The position numbers and the translations under genes were made by a program. 64,000 nt of DNA, taken from a virus. The notes below the pieces were generated by a model, which did no database searches, was not told the origin of the DNA, and saw only the letters and a list, made by a program, of their open reading frames with translations. The DNA lies in IMG/VR virus record IMGVR_UViG_3300046665_000384, positions 1-64,000 of that record; one strand, given 5' to 3'. The stretch's first letter is position 1; each line of letters starts with the position of its first letter. Positions 28,247 to 38,054 of the stretch are shown one piece after another.

Positions 28247-28464
28247 TGAATACGATCCTGCGCCTGCTCTGCATCACCGCGATCCTTGCGGCCGTCATGT
28301 GCGGCCTGCTGCATGTCGCCGTGTATTTCGATCAGATGAACTACGTCACCGGGCTCGCATCCGGAGTGTTCCTGACCCTGCTCGCGGCCCTGCTCCTCAA
28401 GGTCGACCGCCAGACCCTCATCACCGCCGCCGAGGTGGCGGGAGCCATCAACCTTATCGACTGA
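28243..28464 (+). CDS. Small two-TM membrane protein
   Basis: ATGA coupling; two hydrophobic segments. Confidence 0.6.
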   Translation: MMNTILRLLCITAILAAVMCGLLHVAVYFDQMNYVTGLASGVFLTLLAALLLKVDRQTLITAAEVAGAINLID

Positions 28465-28659
28465 AAGATCATCAATCAATGGACCAAATCATGTTTGGCG
28501 ACACCGTAATCCCGGACGGCTCTATCGCGCGCCGCGCGGTACCGCTGCCCGAGCCGAAGCCCGCGCGGGAAGGCGTTATCACCCCGTCGCTCGGCGATCT
28601 GCTGATGCCAAGGAACAGCGCGAGCGCGTGCTCCAGAAGGCCCGACGCGAGGCCGGTCA

Positions 28660-28884
28660 GTGAACGCGCGCCAGCGACGCAAGTACCGCCGTGCGCTGCC
28701 GGCCGTCGTTGACCCAATCGACCCGGATGCCGATCTGCCGGACGGCCTCTGGCGCGATGCCACGGGCACGCTCACGTACACCTGCCGCCACTGCGACAGC
28801 ACGCGCGAATGGTACGGCGAGCCCGAAGAATTCGACATGTTCAACCACTTCGAGTGCGGCGGATCGCCGTACTGCATGCCGTGA
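28660..28884 (+). CDS. Small Cys-rich protein
   Basis: CRHC...CGGSPYCMP. Confidence 0.6.
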   Translation: MNARQRRKYRRALPAVVDPIDPDADLPDGLWRDATGTLTYTCRHCDSTREWYGEPEEFDMFNHFECGGSPYCMP

Positions 28885-28897
28885 GAGGTAGAGGCAC

Positions 28898-29146
28898 ATG
28901 AACAAGTACACCCGCGTTTTCGTAGCCAGCTGCCCCAATAATGGCGAAGCGATTATCTACACGCTCACTATCGAAGTAGTTGGTCGCATGATCCCGGTAG
29001 AGCACATCGTAACCGCTACAGCTCTGATCAAACGCGGATACCACGAAGCGATTGCCGATGACCTTTTCCAACGGTTCGGAGGGCATCAGATTTTGCGTGC
29101 ACATCATCATGGCGTGGACATTGAAACGGTACGGAGTGTCGTGTGA
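28898..29146 (+). CDS. Minimal QueF-like (T-fold) protein
   Basis: SCP...Y.L.I...VE...YHE.IAD.L pattern recalls QueF (CP...VE...FHE). Confidence 0.55.
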   Translation: MNKYTRVFVASCPNNGEAIIYTLTIEVVGRMIPVEHIVTATALIKRGYHEAIADDLFQRFGGHQILRAHHHGVDIETVRSVV

Positions 29147-29850
29147 CGCTGCATTACCACGGGACGCCGATCACTCCACGCAAGGTGCTGGCAGAACTGA
29201 CCGGCCGATGCTTTTGCGTCTCGTTCTGGCGGCCGGACGACGTGGAATGGCGCCATCAGTACGGGCAAAGCGTCATGCTGGACAACGGGGCTTTCAGCGC
29301 ATGGCAGGAGGCGATTCGGCGCGGCGCTACGCCAGATATCGACTGGACGGCTTTTTATGCGTGGTGCGACCAGTGGCTCGCCTTTCGCACGACGTGGGCT
29401 GCAATCCCTGACGTGATCATGGGCGATGCAGTTGCCAATGACGCGCTGATCCAGCAATGGCCGCACGGCCAGCGTGGCGCTCCTGTATGGCACATGCACG
29501 AGCCCATCGAGCGCTTGATGCGCCTGTGCGATGAGTGGGAGCGGGTCTGCATAGGCTCGTCAGCCCAATACAGCGTCGTCGGCTCGGCCGAATGGCATCA
29601 CCGCATGACAGAAGCGATGAACGCGATCTGCCGAACTGGTCGAGCGCCGACATGGCTACACATGTTGCGCGGGATGAATGCAGCGCGATGGGGCTACCCG
29701 TTCGCCAGCGTAGATAGCACCGACATCGCTCGCAACCATAACAGAAAGAACAACCCTCGCGAGATGGCCGACGCTTGGGACGCAATTCAGTGCCCGGCCA
29801 CATGGAAAAGAAAATATTTGCAAGCTGACCTATTGGAGAACGCAGCATGA
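29143..29850 (+). CDS. TGT/DpdA-like transglycosylase-fold protein
   Basis: MLDNGAFSAW, IPDVI, PVWH, VCIGSS, LHMLRG, SVDST. Confidence 0.7.
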   Translation: MTLHYHGTPITPRKVLAELTGRCFCVSFWRPDDVEWRHQYGQSVMLDNGAFSAWQEAIRRGATPDIDWTAFYAWCDQWLAFRTTWAAIPDVIMGDAVANDALIQQWPHGQRGAPVWHMHEPIERLMRLCDEWERVCIGSSAQYSVVGSAEWHHRMTEAMNAICRTGRAPTWLHMLRGMNAARWGYPFASVDSTDIARNHNRKNNPREMADAWDAIQCPATWKRKYLQADLLENAA

Positions 29851-30908
29851 CCAGCACGATCAAACGACATGAACTGAAGACCGACCCGGCCGCATTCGAT
29901 GCGGTGCGCCACGGCACCAAGACCCACGAAATCCGCTTCAACGACCGCGAGTTTGCAGTCGGCGACGAACTACTGCTGCGCCAGACCGTGTTCGCTGCGG
30001 CCGACCTGAAGCCGGGCCAGACGAACAGCTACACCGGGGCCGAGCTGCTGCGCCGCGTGACGCACATTCAGGAGGGCTACGGCCTCGCGCCGGGCTGGGT
30101 CATCCTGTCTTTTGACAGCGAGCCAGCCATCCTCAAGGGCATCGGCAGGATCGATGGCGACGGCTGGAAGGACATCACAAAAAGAGGCGAAGTCGTGTTT
30201 GTTTGGAACACTGAAATGCCTCGTCCGCACAAGGCAGGGCAGTACCCGCGCGTCGGCAACCAATGCGAGTGGACTGCCAGCACCGATCAATACGACTTCG
30301 CTCCTGCTACGCCGAATGAGGCCCGCGAAGTAATTGGCGGCATGATTTCCTCCGACCGCGACACAATCTCAGCGCTACAGAAGAACTACGACGACATGCG
30401 CGGCAGGCTTGAAGCCGCTCTCGAACAGCGCGGCAAAGACCTTACCCAAACCACTGCCGACTACGAGGAAATCTTGGCCGGCCATCGCCGCTTGGTGCGC
30501 GAGCTGGACGTGCTGCTGAACGGCGAAGCCGGCGCAGCGCGACAAGCCAGCCTTGCGGACATCGTAGCGCAGGTGCGGCGCGAGGGCATTGCAGCGCTGC
30601 CGCAGTCGGCACGCGACGTGATCGCCGAACGACGCGCTCAGGTGACGCGCGAAGGCTATGACCACGAGAACGACGACGCGCATGTGCAGGGTGAGCTGGG
30701 TGCTTATGCTGCCTACTACGCTATGCCGCCGGGCGCGCGCGAGTGGCCGGCCGCCGAAACCGGCTATGGCGAGACGTGGGGCGAGGCGATCATCCCCGAG
30801 GGCTGGACTCCGCCGAAGCCGGGCGACCGCCGCCGCGAACTGGTGAAGGCTGGCGCTCTGGTGCTGGCCGAAATCGAACGCATCGACCGCACGGGAGAAG
30901 GGGCATGA
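29847..30908 (+). CDS. DUF3850/ASCH domain fused to an Ead/Ea22-like C-terminal domain
   Basis: HELK...FDAV..G.KTHEIRFNDREFAVGDELLL; DVIAERRAQ...RRRELVKAGALVLAEIERIDR. Confidence 0.75.
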   Translation: MTSTIKRHELKTDPAAFDAVRHGTKTHEIRFNDREFAVGDELLLRQTVFAAADLKPGQTNSYTGAELLRRVTHIQEGYGLAPGWVILSFDSEPAILKGIGRIDGDGWKDITKRGEVVFVWNTEMPRPHKAGQYPRVGNQCEWTASTDQYDFAPATPNEAREVIGGMISSDRDTISALQKNYDDMRGRLEAALEQRGKDLTQTTADYEEILAGHRRLVRELDVLLNGEAGAARQASLADIVAQVRREGIAALPQSARDVIAERRAQVTREGYDHENDDAHVQGELGAYAAYYAMPPGAREWPAAETGYGETWGEAIIPEGWTPPKPGDRRRELVKAGALVLAEIERIDRTGEGA

Positions 30909-31564
30909 GCAACGTCATCAACCTGCCGGGTGCCGAGCGCGCCAACACGCTTTCCGACAGCGCCGCGCTGGCGCAGATCGCCGAGCTGCTGACGTTCAAC
31001 GGCAAGACCCCGGCCGACGCGATGGAAATCGTCAAGCTGGTGGCCTCATTCGTCCGCGTGACCAAGGAACACGGCCGCATCATCCACGACATGACGGTCG
31101 CCAATCAGGCCGCATGGATCGAGTGGAAGCACGGCGGCGGCGCGGATGCCGCAATGGAGTGGGTCGAGAACGGCCTCGAAGGCCCCGGCCTGCTGCCCGG
31201 CAGCTGCGAGGACGACATCGACGAAGCCGACCCGATCCTAAAGAACCCGCAGGGCTACTACGACCGCTATTCGAGCTGGAACGGCGGCAAAACCGGCAAC
31301 GCGGACCGCATCATCGGCGCGATGAACGACCGCGAACTGCTGGACTTCATGGAGGCCAATCTGGTGACGGTCAAGTGCGTGAACATTCCGACGCCGGGCG
31401 GCGATGACGCAGACACGGCTTTCGAGGTGATTCAATACCACATGGCCGCACCTCGCGAGCGCACCATCGGATACGCCAGCACCGCACGCGAAGCGATCCG
31501 CGCGGCGATCCGCGCCACGGACCCGCAGGGCGATCTGTTCGCGCAGGAAGGAGCCCCAGCATGA
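30905..31564 (+). CDS. Hypothetical protein
   Basis: ATGA coupling. Confidence 0.65.
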   Translation: MSNVINLPGAERANTLSDSAALAQIAELLTFNGKTPADAMEIVKLVASFVRVTKEHGRIIHDMTVANQAAWIEWKHGGGADAAMEWVENGLEGPGLLPGSCEDDIDEADPILKNPQGYYDRYSSWNGGKTGNADRIIGAMNDRELLDFMEANLVTVKCVNIPTPGGDDADTAFEVIQYHMAAPRERTIGYASTAREAIRAAIRATDPQGDLFAQEGAPA

Positions 31565-31845
31565 CGTCCACGCACACGACCACCAACGACGGCATCACCA
31601 TCACTACCAACGTAAAGATCGTGGCCACGATTGAACTGACCGAGGGCGACCTGCGCGCGCTCGAAGCGCTGGCCGGCTACGGTGACGACGCTTTCCTCAA
31701 GGCGTTCTACGTCAAGCTGGGCATGCACTACATGAAGCCGTTCGAGCGCGACTTGCGCGGCCTGTTCGCGCGCATCCGCAGCACCGTGCCGAAGGCATTG
31801 CAGGCCGTTCTGGCTGCGCGCGAGGCGCTGGGAGGCAAGAAGTAA
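31561..31845 (+). CDS. Hypothetical protein
   Basis: RBS and coupling. Confidence 0.65.
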   Translation: MTSTHTTTNDGITITTNVKIVATIELTEGDLRALEALAGYGDDAFLKAFYVKLGMHYMKPFERDLRGLFARIRSTVPKALQAVLAAREALGGKK

Positions 31846-32277
31846 ATGCCAGCAGCTCCGCAGGCCGAGCACGAAATGACGACAGGGCAGCGCATCGTCG
31901 CGCTGCTGCCCGCCACATCTCGGCAACTACTCAGGAAAATCCGTATCTCGACGTCTACCCTGCATAAGTGGCTCACCCGCCTACGCGACGACGACGAAAT
32001 ACACATTGGGGACTGGAACCGTTCGGTAGGCAATCTGGTGGCGGTTTGGACGGCCGGGTCGGGTCCAGACGCGCCTCGCCTACCCCCGCTGACCGGCGCA
32101 AAGGTCACTGCGAACTACCGCAAGCGCAAGCGTGCCGAGGCACGGCAGCTCGCGAGGGAAAAGGCTGCGGCGCTAAAGAAGGCCGAGAAAGCACGCTTCA
32201 CCAATGATCCGCTGATGGCGGCGCTATATGGGAAACCTAAGCGGAAAACGGCATCCAAACTATCGAAATCGCTATAA
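31846..32277 (+). CDS. Basic winged-helix-like protein
   Basis: TSRQLLRKIRISTSTLHKWLTRL...IHIGDW. Confidence 0.55.
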   Translation: MPAAPQAEHEMTTGQRIVALLPATSRQLLRKIRISTSTLHKWLTRLRDDDEIHIGDWNRSVGNLVAVWTAGSGPDAPRLPPLTGAKVTANYRKRKRAEARQLAREKAAALKKAEKARFTNDPLMAALYGKPKRKTASKLSKSL

Positions 32278-32290
32278 AGGGATTTGAATC

Positions 32291-32713
32291 ATGAGCCAGA
32301 CCCATCTACAGCAGAAAATCGCCCGGCTTGAACAGGCGAACGCGCTCATCACCGTGATTTCGACGTACGGCCGGCGCTTCTTTTACGACGCCAAGCAGAA
32401 CCGCGTGGCCCGGATCGAAATCGGGAAGGGCGGCCACCTCTACCTGATCGACGACTACACCGGGCATCCGGTCTATATCGCCTACAACGGCGAATGGTCG
32501 GGCTTCTCGCACGGCGGCACGCTGCGCGATCTGGTCAAGCGGCTGGCCGAATACGTGCGCACCGGGAAGCAACTGCACCCGCATTGGATCGGTCCAAAGC
32601 GCCACAGCGATGACTCGAACATCTGGGGCTATGCGGCCGATGAGATGGAGAAGTGCAGGGCGGCCGCGCTGGCAACCGGCGTGATCGCACAAGAGGCGGA
32701 TGTTACCGCCTAG
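32291..32713 (+). CDS. Hypothetical phage protein
   Basis: GRRFF...DDY...WSGFSHGGTLRDLV...WGY. Confidence 0.7.
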   Translation: MSQTHLQQKIARLEQANALITVISTYGRRFFYDAKQNRVARIEIGKGGHLYLIDDYTGHPVYIAYNGEWSGFSHGGTLRDLVKRLAEYVRTGKQLHPHWIGPKRHSDDSNIWGYAADEMEKCRAAALATGVIAQEADVTA

Positions 32714-32766
32714 TACCAGTTCAATACCGGGCCGAAATCGATCCTTTCCGGACGCCTATATTTTGC

Positions 32767-32796
32767 TTGACTGCGTATTTTGTGAGCGCATACAAT
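32767..32796 (+). promoter_or_regulatory. Sigma70 promoter TTGACT-N18-TACAAT with operator TTTTGTGAGCGCATAC
   Basis: Exact operator copy. Confidence 0.85.
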
Positions 32797-32840
32797 ATGC
32801 TTCATTAGAGCGGCGTGCTGGGCGCATCGAAAACTGGAGA

Positions 32841-33086
32841 ATGAAAATGCGAGCAAGATTTCCAATTGGCTTTGAATTTGAGAAAAAACGTGTCCCGAAG
32901 GAAAAGTTTTTTACCTCCTACCGGATTGATGACGTCTTGGTGACGCGTAGCGTCGCTACGGACGAAATCGTGCGCATTGAATACCGCGTGTCACATGTTT
33001 TCCTAGGCCAACGCATCCCAGAACTCATGGTTGACACCACCATTGCGCGCTCTTTGAGCAACGAAAAGTTAGCTGAATTCGCCTAA
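32841..33086 (+). CDS. Hypothetical protein (lower GC)
   Basis: GGAG RBS after the promoter. Confidence 0.6.
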   Translation: MKMRARFPIGFEFEKKRVPKEKFFTSYRIDDVLVTRSVATDEIVRIEYRVSHVFLGQRIPELMVDTTIARSLSNEKLAEFA

Positions 33087-33195
33087 CACCACCCCGCGCC
33101 CGCTTCGGCGGGCACTTCGCCAACAGCCCGCCACGAGCGGGCTTTCCCACTGAAAGCGGCGCACTGGGCGCGGCGATTACCGGAAGGGCAGAATT

Positions 33196-33321
33196 ATGGA
33201 ATTGCAGGGCACGACGGAACTCTTCGTTCAATACCTTGAATACGTGGCAGCGACTCAACGCAACGGCGTGTTCCCTCCGTACGGTTACGCGACGTGGATT
33301 CGCTGCCGCACGCAGTTCTAA
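33196..33321 (+). CDS. 41-aa peptide (MELQGTTELFVQYLEY...)
   Basis: Below the ORF-track cutoff; bounded by a repeated leader and a repeated hairpin. Confidence 0.55.
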   Translation: MELQGTTELFVQYLEYVAATQRNGVFPPYGYATWIRCRTQF

Positions 33322-33368
33322 GCCCCGACCCGCGCCCACTTCGGTGGGCCAACCTTAAGGAGAAAATA

Positions 33369-33710
33369 ATGAAGAGCATTCGCGAGCTGGTTGCGAAACT
33401 GGGTTTGACGCAACAGGAATTGGTAAGCCGGATCGTCGACGAGAACCCGCTTGCCGCTGGCGAATTGAACGCGGCTGAATTCGACACGCTGATCGCGCTC
33501 ATCGAGCACGGCCCACTGGAGGATGGCCACGTGCCCAGCAAGTCCGGGCGTGACGGCCTGATTCAGCGCGGCTACGCAATGCGCGTTCAAGCCATCGACT
33601 ACTGGCGCACGGCCGCGACGCCCGCCGGCATCGCCGCGTACAAAGCGATGTTCGGCCCGGCCGAGACGCTGCGCGAGGCGCAGGCCAATCGCAAGGCGGC
33701 GAAGTCGTGA
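33369..33710 (+). CDS. Hypothetical protein
   Basis: TAAGGAG RBS. Confidence 0.7.
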   Translation: MKSIRELVAKLGLTQQELVSRIVDENPLAAGELNAAEFDTLIALIEHGPLEDGHVPSKSGRDGLIQRGYAMRVQAIDYWRTAATPAGIAAYKAMFGPAETLREAQANRKAAKS

Positions 33711-34030
33711 GCACCTTCGACAAAGTGCAGGGTGGCCGCACGTACAGCATGTCCCTGAGCGTGCGCGGCGCGATTGCCGAGCTGAGCAACCAGCCGCCTG
33801 AATACGAATCGTGGTTCGGCGAAAAGAGCACCGGGCGAACACTGACCAACATCGAAGCGCTGACCGCGTTGACGCTCGACCTCGCGGCCGGGCGCGAAAT
33901 GCTGCCGATGAGCGAGGAGTGCGGCAACCCCTGCGGCCACGCCGACAAGGGCTGCGCCGGCTTTAACTACGGGAAGGGCGGGGGATGCCCCGGCTACCCG
34001 ACATCACAGGAACAAGGAAGTAAGGCATGA
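33707..34030 (+). CDS. Hypothetical Cys-rich protein
   Basis: GTGA coupling. Confidence 0.65.
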   Translation: MSTFDKVQGGRTYSMSLSVRGAIAELSNQPPEYESWFGEKSTGRTLTNIEALTALTLDLAAGREMLPMSEECGNPCGHADKGCAGFNYGKGGGCPGYPTSQEQGSKA

Positions 34031-34275
34031 GCAATTCGACTATCGCTCGCTGCATCGGCAGCAGCTACGACGGCCGCACGAACAAGTGGCGCGTGACGTG
34101 CCCGGCATGTATGTATGCATTTGAACCGCAAACAACCCGGCTCGCAACTCAGTATCTGCAATGCCCGAAGTCTAAGTGCAACGCCGAGATGGTTGCTAAC
34201 TACAACGCTGAGCCGCCGACCGTAACGCTTCTCCCCGGCAAAGAAAGCGCACAGGAGAATAGGAGCGAAGCGTGA
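34027..34275 (+). CDS. Small zinc-ribbon protein
   Basis: CPAC...CPKSKC. Confidence 0.65.
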   Translation: MSNSTIARCIGSSYDGRTNKWRVTCPACMYAFEPQTTRLATQYLQCPKSKCNAEMVANYNAEPPTVTLLPGKESAQENRSEA

Positions 34276-34652
34276 GCGATCTGTTCTACCTTCAGGACAG
34301 CCGCACCTACGTCGGCAACGACATGATGTTCTGGGCCAAGGACGGGAAGGGCTACACGACGGACATGCGGCTGGCGGAGGTTTACACGAAGGATGAAGCC
34401 CAGCGACGACACAACCACCGCGCATCGGACATCCCGTGGCCGAAGGACTACATCGATGCACGCACGCGCCCGGCCGTGGACATGCAGCACGTCAACCGCG
34501 CGGCGGCGCTGGCCGGTACGGGGATCGAGCTGGCCAAGCCCCGCCCGAAGACGCCCGACACGATCAACTGCACCGGGTGCGGCCGCTTTATGGGCGGCAC
34601 CCAGCGATACCTGCAAGATTGCGAGCACTGCGGCACCAACAACCGACCATGA
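34272..34652 (+). CDS. Hypothetical phage protein with C-terminal zinc ribbon
   Basis: FYLQDSRTYVGNDMMFWAKDGKGYTTD; CTGC...CEHC. Confidence 0.7.
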   Translation: MSDLFYLQDSRTYVGNDMMFWAKDGKGYTTDMRLAEVYTKDEAQRRHNHRASDIPWPKDYIDARTRPAVDMQHVNRAAALAGTGIELAKPRPKTPDTINCTGCGRFMGGTQRYLQDCEHCGTNNRP

Positions 34653-35371
34653 AAGAGACCTCGATGAAAGCCAACGAATCCACGCCCCCGATGCTGAAGT
34701 GGGCACTGCGCGAATTGCTGGGCACGCTGCCCGAGCGACGCGACTGGTTCAACCCGGACGCCGAGAAGATCATGCGCGAGTACGTGAACGCGCCGGCAAC
34801 TCCAGCAGCGCCCGCTGCACTCCAAGCCGCGATTGATGAAGTGGCCGGCTGCTTCCGCGCGGCAGAAGTCGAGGGGCTTTCTACCGCGCTCGCTGAAACG
34901 TCCGATGAACGCCTCAAGGATTTGATCGAACGACGCCTGATGCACGCGCTCTATGCGGTACAAGGCGCAGCCAGCGCAGCAGCACCCGCTGCGCCCTCGG
35001 AATTGCCCGCGATCCTGTTCGATGGGAAGGCGGTCTATGACGAGGTGCAGGCGCACGCGGCATGCAAGACGAAGACCAGCGCAGAGAACGTTTCCGACGT
35101 CTTGGATGCAGTCGTGCGCCTGATGCGTAAGGAAGGAGCCGCACCCGCTGCGGAACAGGCGCAGGACGAGGTGCGCGACCGCGTGCGCAATGCCGTGGCG
35201 CAGGCGCTGACGTGCGTGTACTTCTGCGGCCGCAGCTGGAGCGCATGGAGCCACGGTACGATGCACGAGGATGATTTCACGCCCGCCGGCGAGGTCGACG
35301 AAGTGCTCGATGAAATCGTTGACGCGGCGCTCGGCGCGATGAAGCGCCCGGCCACCGGAGGCGCAGCATGA
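34649..35371 (+). CDS. Mosaic hypothetical protein
   Basis: Coupled; Ala/Pro linkers. Confidence 0.6.
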   Translation: MKETSMKANESTPPMLKWALRELLGTLPERRDWFNPDAEKIMREYVNAPATPAAPAALQAAIDEVAGCFRAAEVEGLSTALAETSDERLKDLIERRLMHALYAVQGAASAAAPAAPSELPAILFDGKAVYDEVQAHAACKTKTSAENVSDVLDAVVRLMRKEGAAPAAEQAQDEVRDRVRNAVAQALTCVYFCGRSWSAWSHGTMHEDDFTPAGEVDEVLDEIVDAALGAMKRPATGGAA

Positions 35372-35679
35372 ACGCAATATTCATCGTAGAAGCCGGCGTG
35401 CACTATCAAGGCTCGCGCCTACTCCGCGCGTTTGGCAGCAGGCCAGAAGCCGAAACGTTCGCCGAGCGGTGTCGCGAATACCATAAGACGCGCCCCGACT
35501 GGCCGGGCGGCGACGCCACCGAGGCCGATCTGGAAGCGTGGCGCGTTGCGGACAATGCGTGGGAAGCAGGGCACCCCGGCGGCGACGTCGGATCGCCGGA
35601 CTACTTCGACGTGACTGAGGTGCCGTTCGGCCCTGTGGCGGCCAGCGGCGAAAGCGGGGTGCGCGATGCCGATGCGTGA
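35368..35679 (+). CDS. Hypothetical protein
   Basis: RBS and coupling. Confidence 0.6.
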   Translation: MNAIFIVEAGVHYQGSRLLRAFGSRPEAETFAERCREYHKTRPDWPGGDATEADLEAWRVADNAWEAGHPGGDVGSPDYFDVTEVPFGPVAASGESGVRDADA

Positions 35680-35881
35680 GCCGACGAAGCAGGAAATCGC
35701 CAAGTTCAAGCGCGCATGCAAGGCGCTCGACGAGCTGGGCAAAGCAGGTTTTCACATCTACTTGGCGAACGACACCATGCATATGATGGTAGAAGACTCC
35801 CACACCTATGCCCTGCGGCCAAATCGGCACGCGATCCGCGAATCCGTGCACATCTGCGGCGCAGGCGGCGGCGACTGGTAA
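35666..35881 (+). CDS. Hypothetical protein
   Basis: Operon packing; ends GGGDW. Confidence 0.6.
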   Translation: MPMREPTKQEIAKFKRACKALDELGKAGFHIYLANDTMHMMVEDSHTYALRPNRHAIRESVHICGAGGGDW

Positions 35882-35893
35882 CGAAAGGACATC

Positions 35894-37537
35894 ATGGAAA
35901 CGAAGAACAACACCGCCAGCATCGATCTGGCCCAGCTGGAAGCACTGGCGCGAGCGGCCGATCCGAACGGCGCGTATCATCTTGTTACCCACTATCGCCA
36001 CGGCGCAGACGTGAAGGCCGAGGAGGCATGGCGGCAAGCCGCGACCCCGGCCGCCGTGCGCCAGCTGATCGACCTCGTGCGCCGCGCCCAGCCGCGCGTA
36101 ACCGAGCAGGCGGACGAACGGGCGAAGTTATCGCAAGATGAGGTGATTGAGCTTCTTCGCGCAGCAGGCATCCCAGATAACCAGCTTCGCCTACTGTATG
36201 GCGGACATGGTCTGACCTTGTACCTTGAGCACTTGACCACTTTCGCCAACACGACCCGCGCCGCGCTCACCCAGCAAGCCGCGCCCGAAGCACCTACCGA
36301 GAACGCCGAACTCACCACGTTGCTAGAAAAACTCCATGAGCACTGGGGCGACTGCTTGTGGATAGACGCCAGCGAATTGATGGCATTAGAGAAAGTGATT
36401 ACGTCCGCACCGGCCGCACAGCAGGCAGGAGCGGCTGTCGATGACGGCTACCGCTGGCGCGACTGCGAGGATTGCGGCGGCAGCGGTCGCATCAGCCCGA
36501 ACGAACTGTGCGCGCGCTGTGAGAAAAGCGGCATTCTTCCTGCGGCCACCACGGCAAGCGCGAGCTATGAGATGCCGGAAGGCGTCAAGAACCAGATCGA
36601 AACGCTGGGATGGAAGCTGCGCAACCACGAGCGGGCCTTAGAAATGCGCAAGCTGCACGACAAGGGCGACGTCTGGTACTGGCAGGGCGATGGCGGCGAC
36701 AACTTGGAATCGATGAGCATGGGCATGGTCGTTGTGATCTGCGCTGACGACTTCCGCGCAGCCCTCGCCCGCGCCCAAGCACCCAGCCGGGATGCTGCGC
36801 CGCTGGAAGCCATCCGGACATTACGCATCGCTCTCATCAATGCTGCCGTGAAACCTCAATGGGCCGAAAGCATCGCCCAGCGCGCACTGGAGGCGACAAA
36901 ACAATTTGCAGGCGCTGATCTCGCCCAGCAGGGCGCATCCCATGCACCGCTGACCGGTGATGCCGCCGAGTTGGACGCGTGCGCTGCAATGCGCGCTCAA
37001 TGCGGGCACTGCGGCGGCACGGGCGACGTACATCGTGGCGATGGCGAATACATCGGCGAATGCTGGTGCAAGGCCAGTGGGAACGACGGGCTGACCGCTG
37101 CCGAGCGCACCTTCGTAGAAGTGGTGCGCCAGCGCCCCGGCCACAAGCTGAATTCCGGCGAAGCGTGGGGCCCCGAGGGCCAAGCGCTATGGGAAGCCCC
37201 GGAAAATCTGGGCCTGATCCGATGCGTGGGCAGCTTCAAATGGGTCGTGCCGGGCGCGCAGGCGCAGAACCCGGTGGCCGATGCTGTGCGCGCCGCGATC
37301 TGGAGCGCTGACGCGCCGACCGAGCAGCGCTGGTACTGGCACTGGAGCGGCAACCCGGACGATGCTCCGTTCCCGCTGTCGGTGCTGTGGAGCGGCACCG
37401 CGAAGAAGTGCTTCGTGTCGATGAACCAGACCGAGAGCGGCACCGCTGAATGGTGCGACGAATACGGCGGTTATTGGACGCCCATCGTGGAGCCGCGCAT
37501 TCCTGAAACCCTGCCGAAGAAGGGGAAGGCCCGATGA
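35894..37537 (+). CDS. Ead/Ea22-like mosaic protein with DnaJ-like CxxCxGxG motifs
   Basis: IDLAQLEALARAA...AATPAAVRQLI; CEDCGGSG, CGHCGGTG. Confidence 0.6.
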   Translation: METKNNTASIDLAQLEALARAADPNGAYHLVTHYRHGADVKAEEAWRQAATPAAVRQLIDLVRRAQPRVTEQADERAKLSQDEVIELLRAAGIPDNQLRLLYGGHGLTLYLEHLTTFANTTRAALTQQAAPEAPTENAELTTLLEKLHEHWGDCLWIDASELMALEKVITSAPAAQQAGAAVDDGYRWRDCEDCGGSGRISPNELCARCEKSGILPAATTASASYEMPEGVKNQIETLGWKLRNHERALEMRKLHDKGDVWYWQGDGGDNLESMSMGMVVVICADDFRAALARAQAPSRDAAPLEAIRTLRIALINAAVKPQWAESIAQRALEATKQFAGADLAQQGASHAPLTGDAAELDACAAMRAQCGHCGGTGDVHRGDGEYIGECWCKASGNDGLTAAERTFVEVVRQRPGHKLNSGEAWGPEGQALWEAPENLGLIRCVGSFKWVVPGAQAQNPVADAVRAAIWSADAPTEQRWYWHWSGNPDDAPFPLSVLWSGTAKKCFVSMNQTESGTAEWCDEYGGYWTPIVEPRIPETLPKKGKAR

Positions 37538-37890
37538 GCGCCGAGTGGAAGCTCAAACGCACCGCGCAGTGCGCGAAATGCCCTTGGCGTAAGGACGTGG
37601 ACCCGCACGACATCCCGAACGGCTACTGTGAGACGAAGCATCAGGGCCTCGCCAAGACCATCGCCAAAGGCGACCCGCTGGAGCAGCTGCGCGGCAGCGT
37701 GCAGCACGTCATGGCATGCCACGAGATGGACGATGCCCATTGCGTCGGCTGGCTGGCCAACCAGCTCGGGCCGGGCAACAACATCGTCCTGCGCCTGCAA
37801 ATGCGCACCTGCACGAACGCCAACAAGCTGCGCCTCGTCGGGGAGCAGCACGAGCGGTTCGAGGACACGCTGCCGGCCACTGAATCATGA
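37534..37890 (+). CDS. DUF6283-like Cys-rich protein
   Basis: CAKCPWRKD...MACHE...CVGWL. Confidence 0.65.
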   Translation: MSAEWKLKRTAQCAKCPWRKDVDPHDIPNGYCETKHQGLAKTIAKGDPLEQLRGSVQHVMACHEMDDAHCVGWLANQLGPGNNIVLRLQMRTCTNANKLRLVGEQHERFEDTLPATES

Positions 37891-38054
37891 GCCTCGTCGA
37901 CTACCTCTACAAGAATCGGACCCAGATGGAACTGGCAAAAGAACTGGCGGCCAAAGCGCATGAGAACGCCGCCCTGAAGAACCGCGTGCACGAGCTGGAG
38001 CACGAGCTGTTCTGGATGCGCGTGGCCGAGCGCCAGCATGGAGAAGGCATATGA
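37887..38054 (+). CDS. 55-aa coiled-coil peptide
   Basis: ATGA-coupled at both ends. Confidence 0.6.
   Translation: MSLVDYLYKNRTQMELAKELAAKAHENAALKNRVHELEHELFWMRVAERQHGEGI

Noticed and set aside
28479-28712. Possible frameshifted gene (MDQIMFG... switching to ...DAKEQRERVLQKARREAGQ, stop at 28663)
   Set aside because: The alternative frame couples neatly to 28660, but there is no slippery site or homology evidence; cannot be resolved by eye.
4937-33004. Extra minus-strand AGGAAAA matches at 4937, 17632 and 32998
   Set aside because: Intragenic and without a -10-like hexamer 29 nt downstream.
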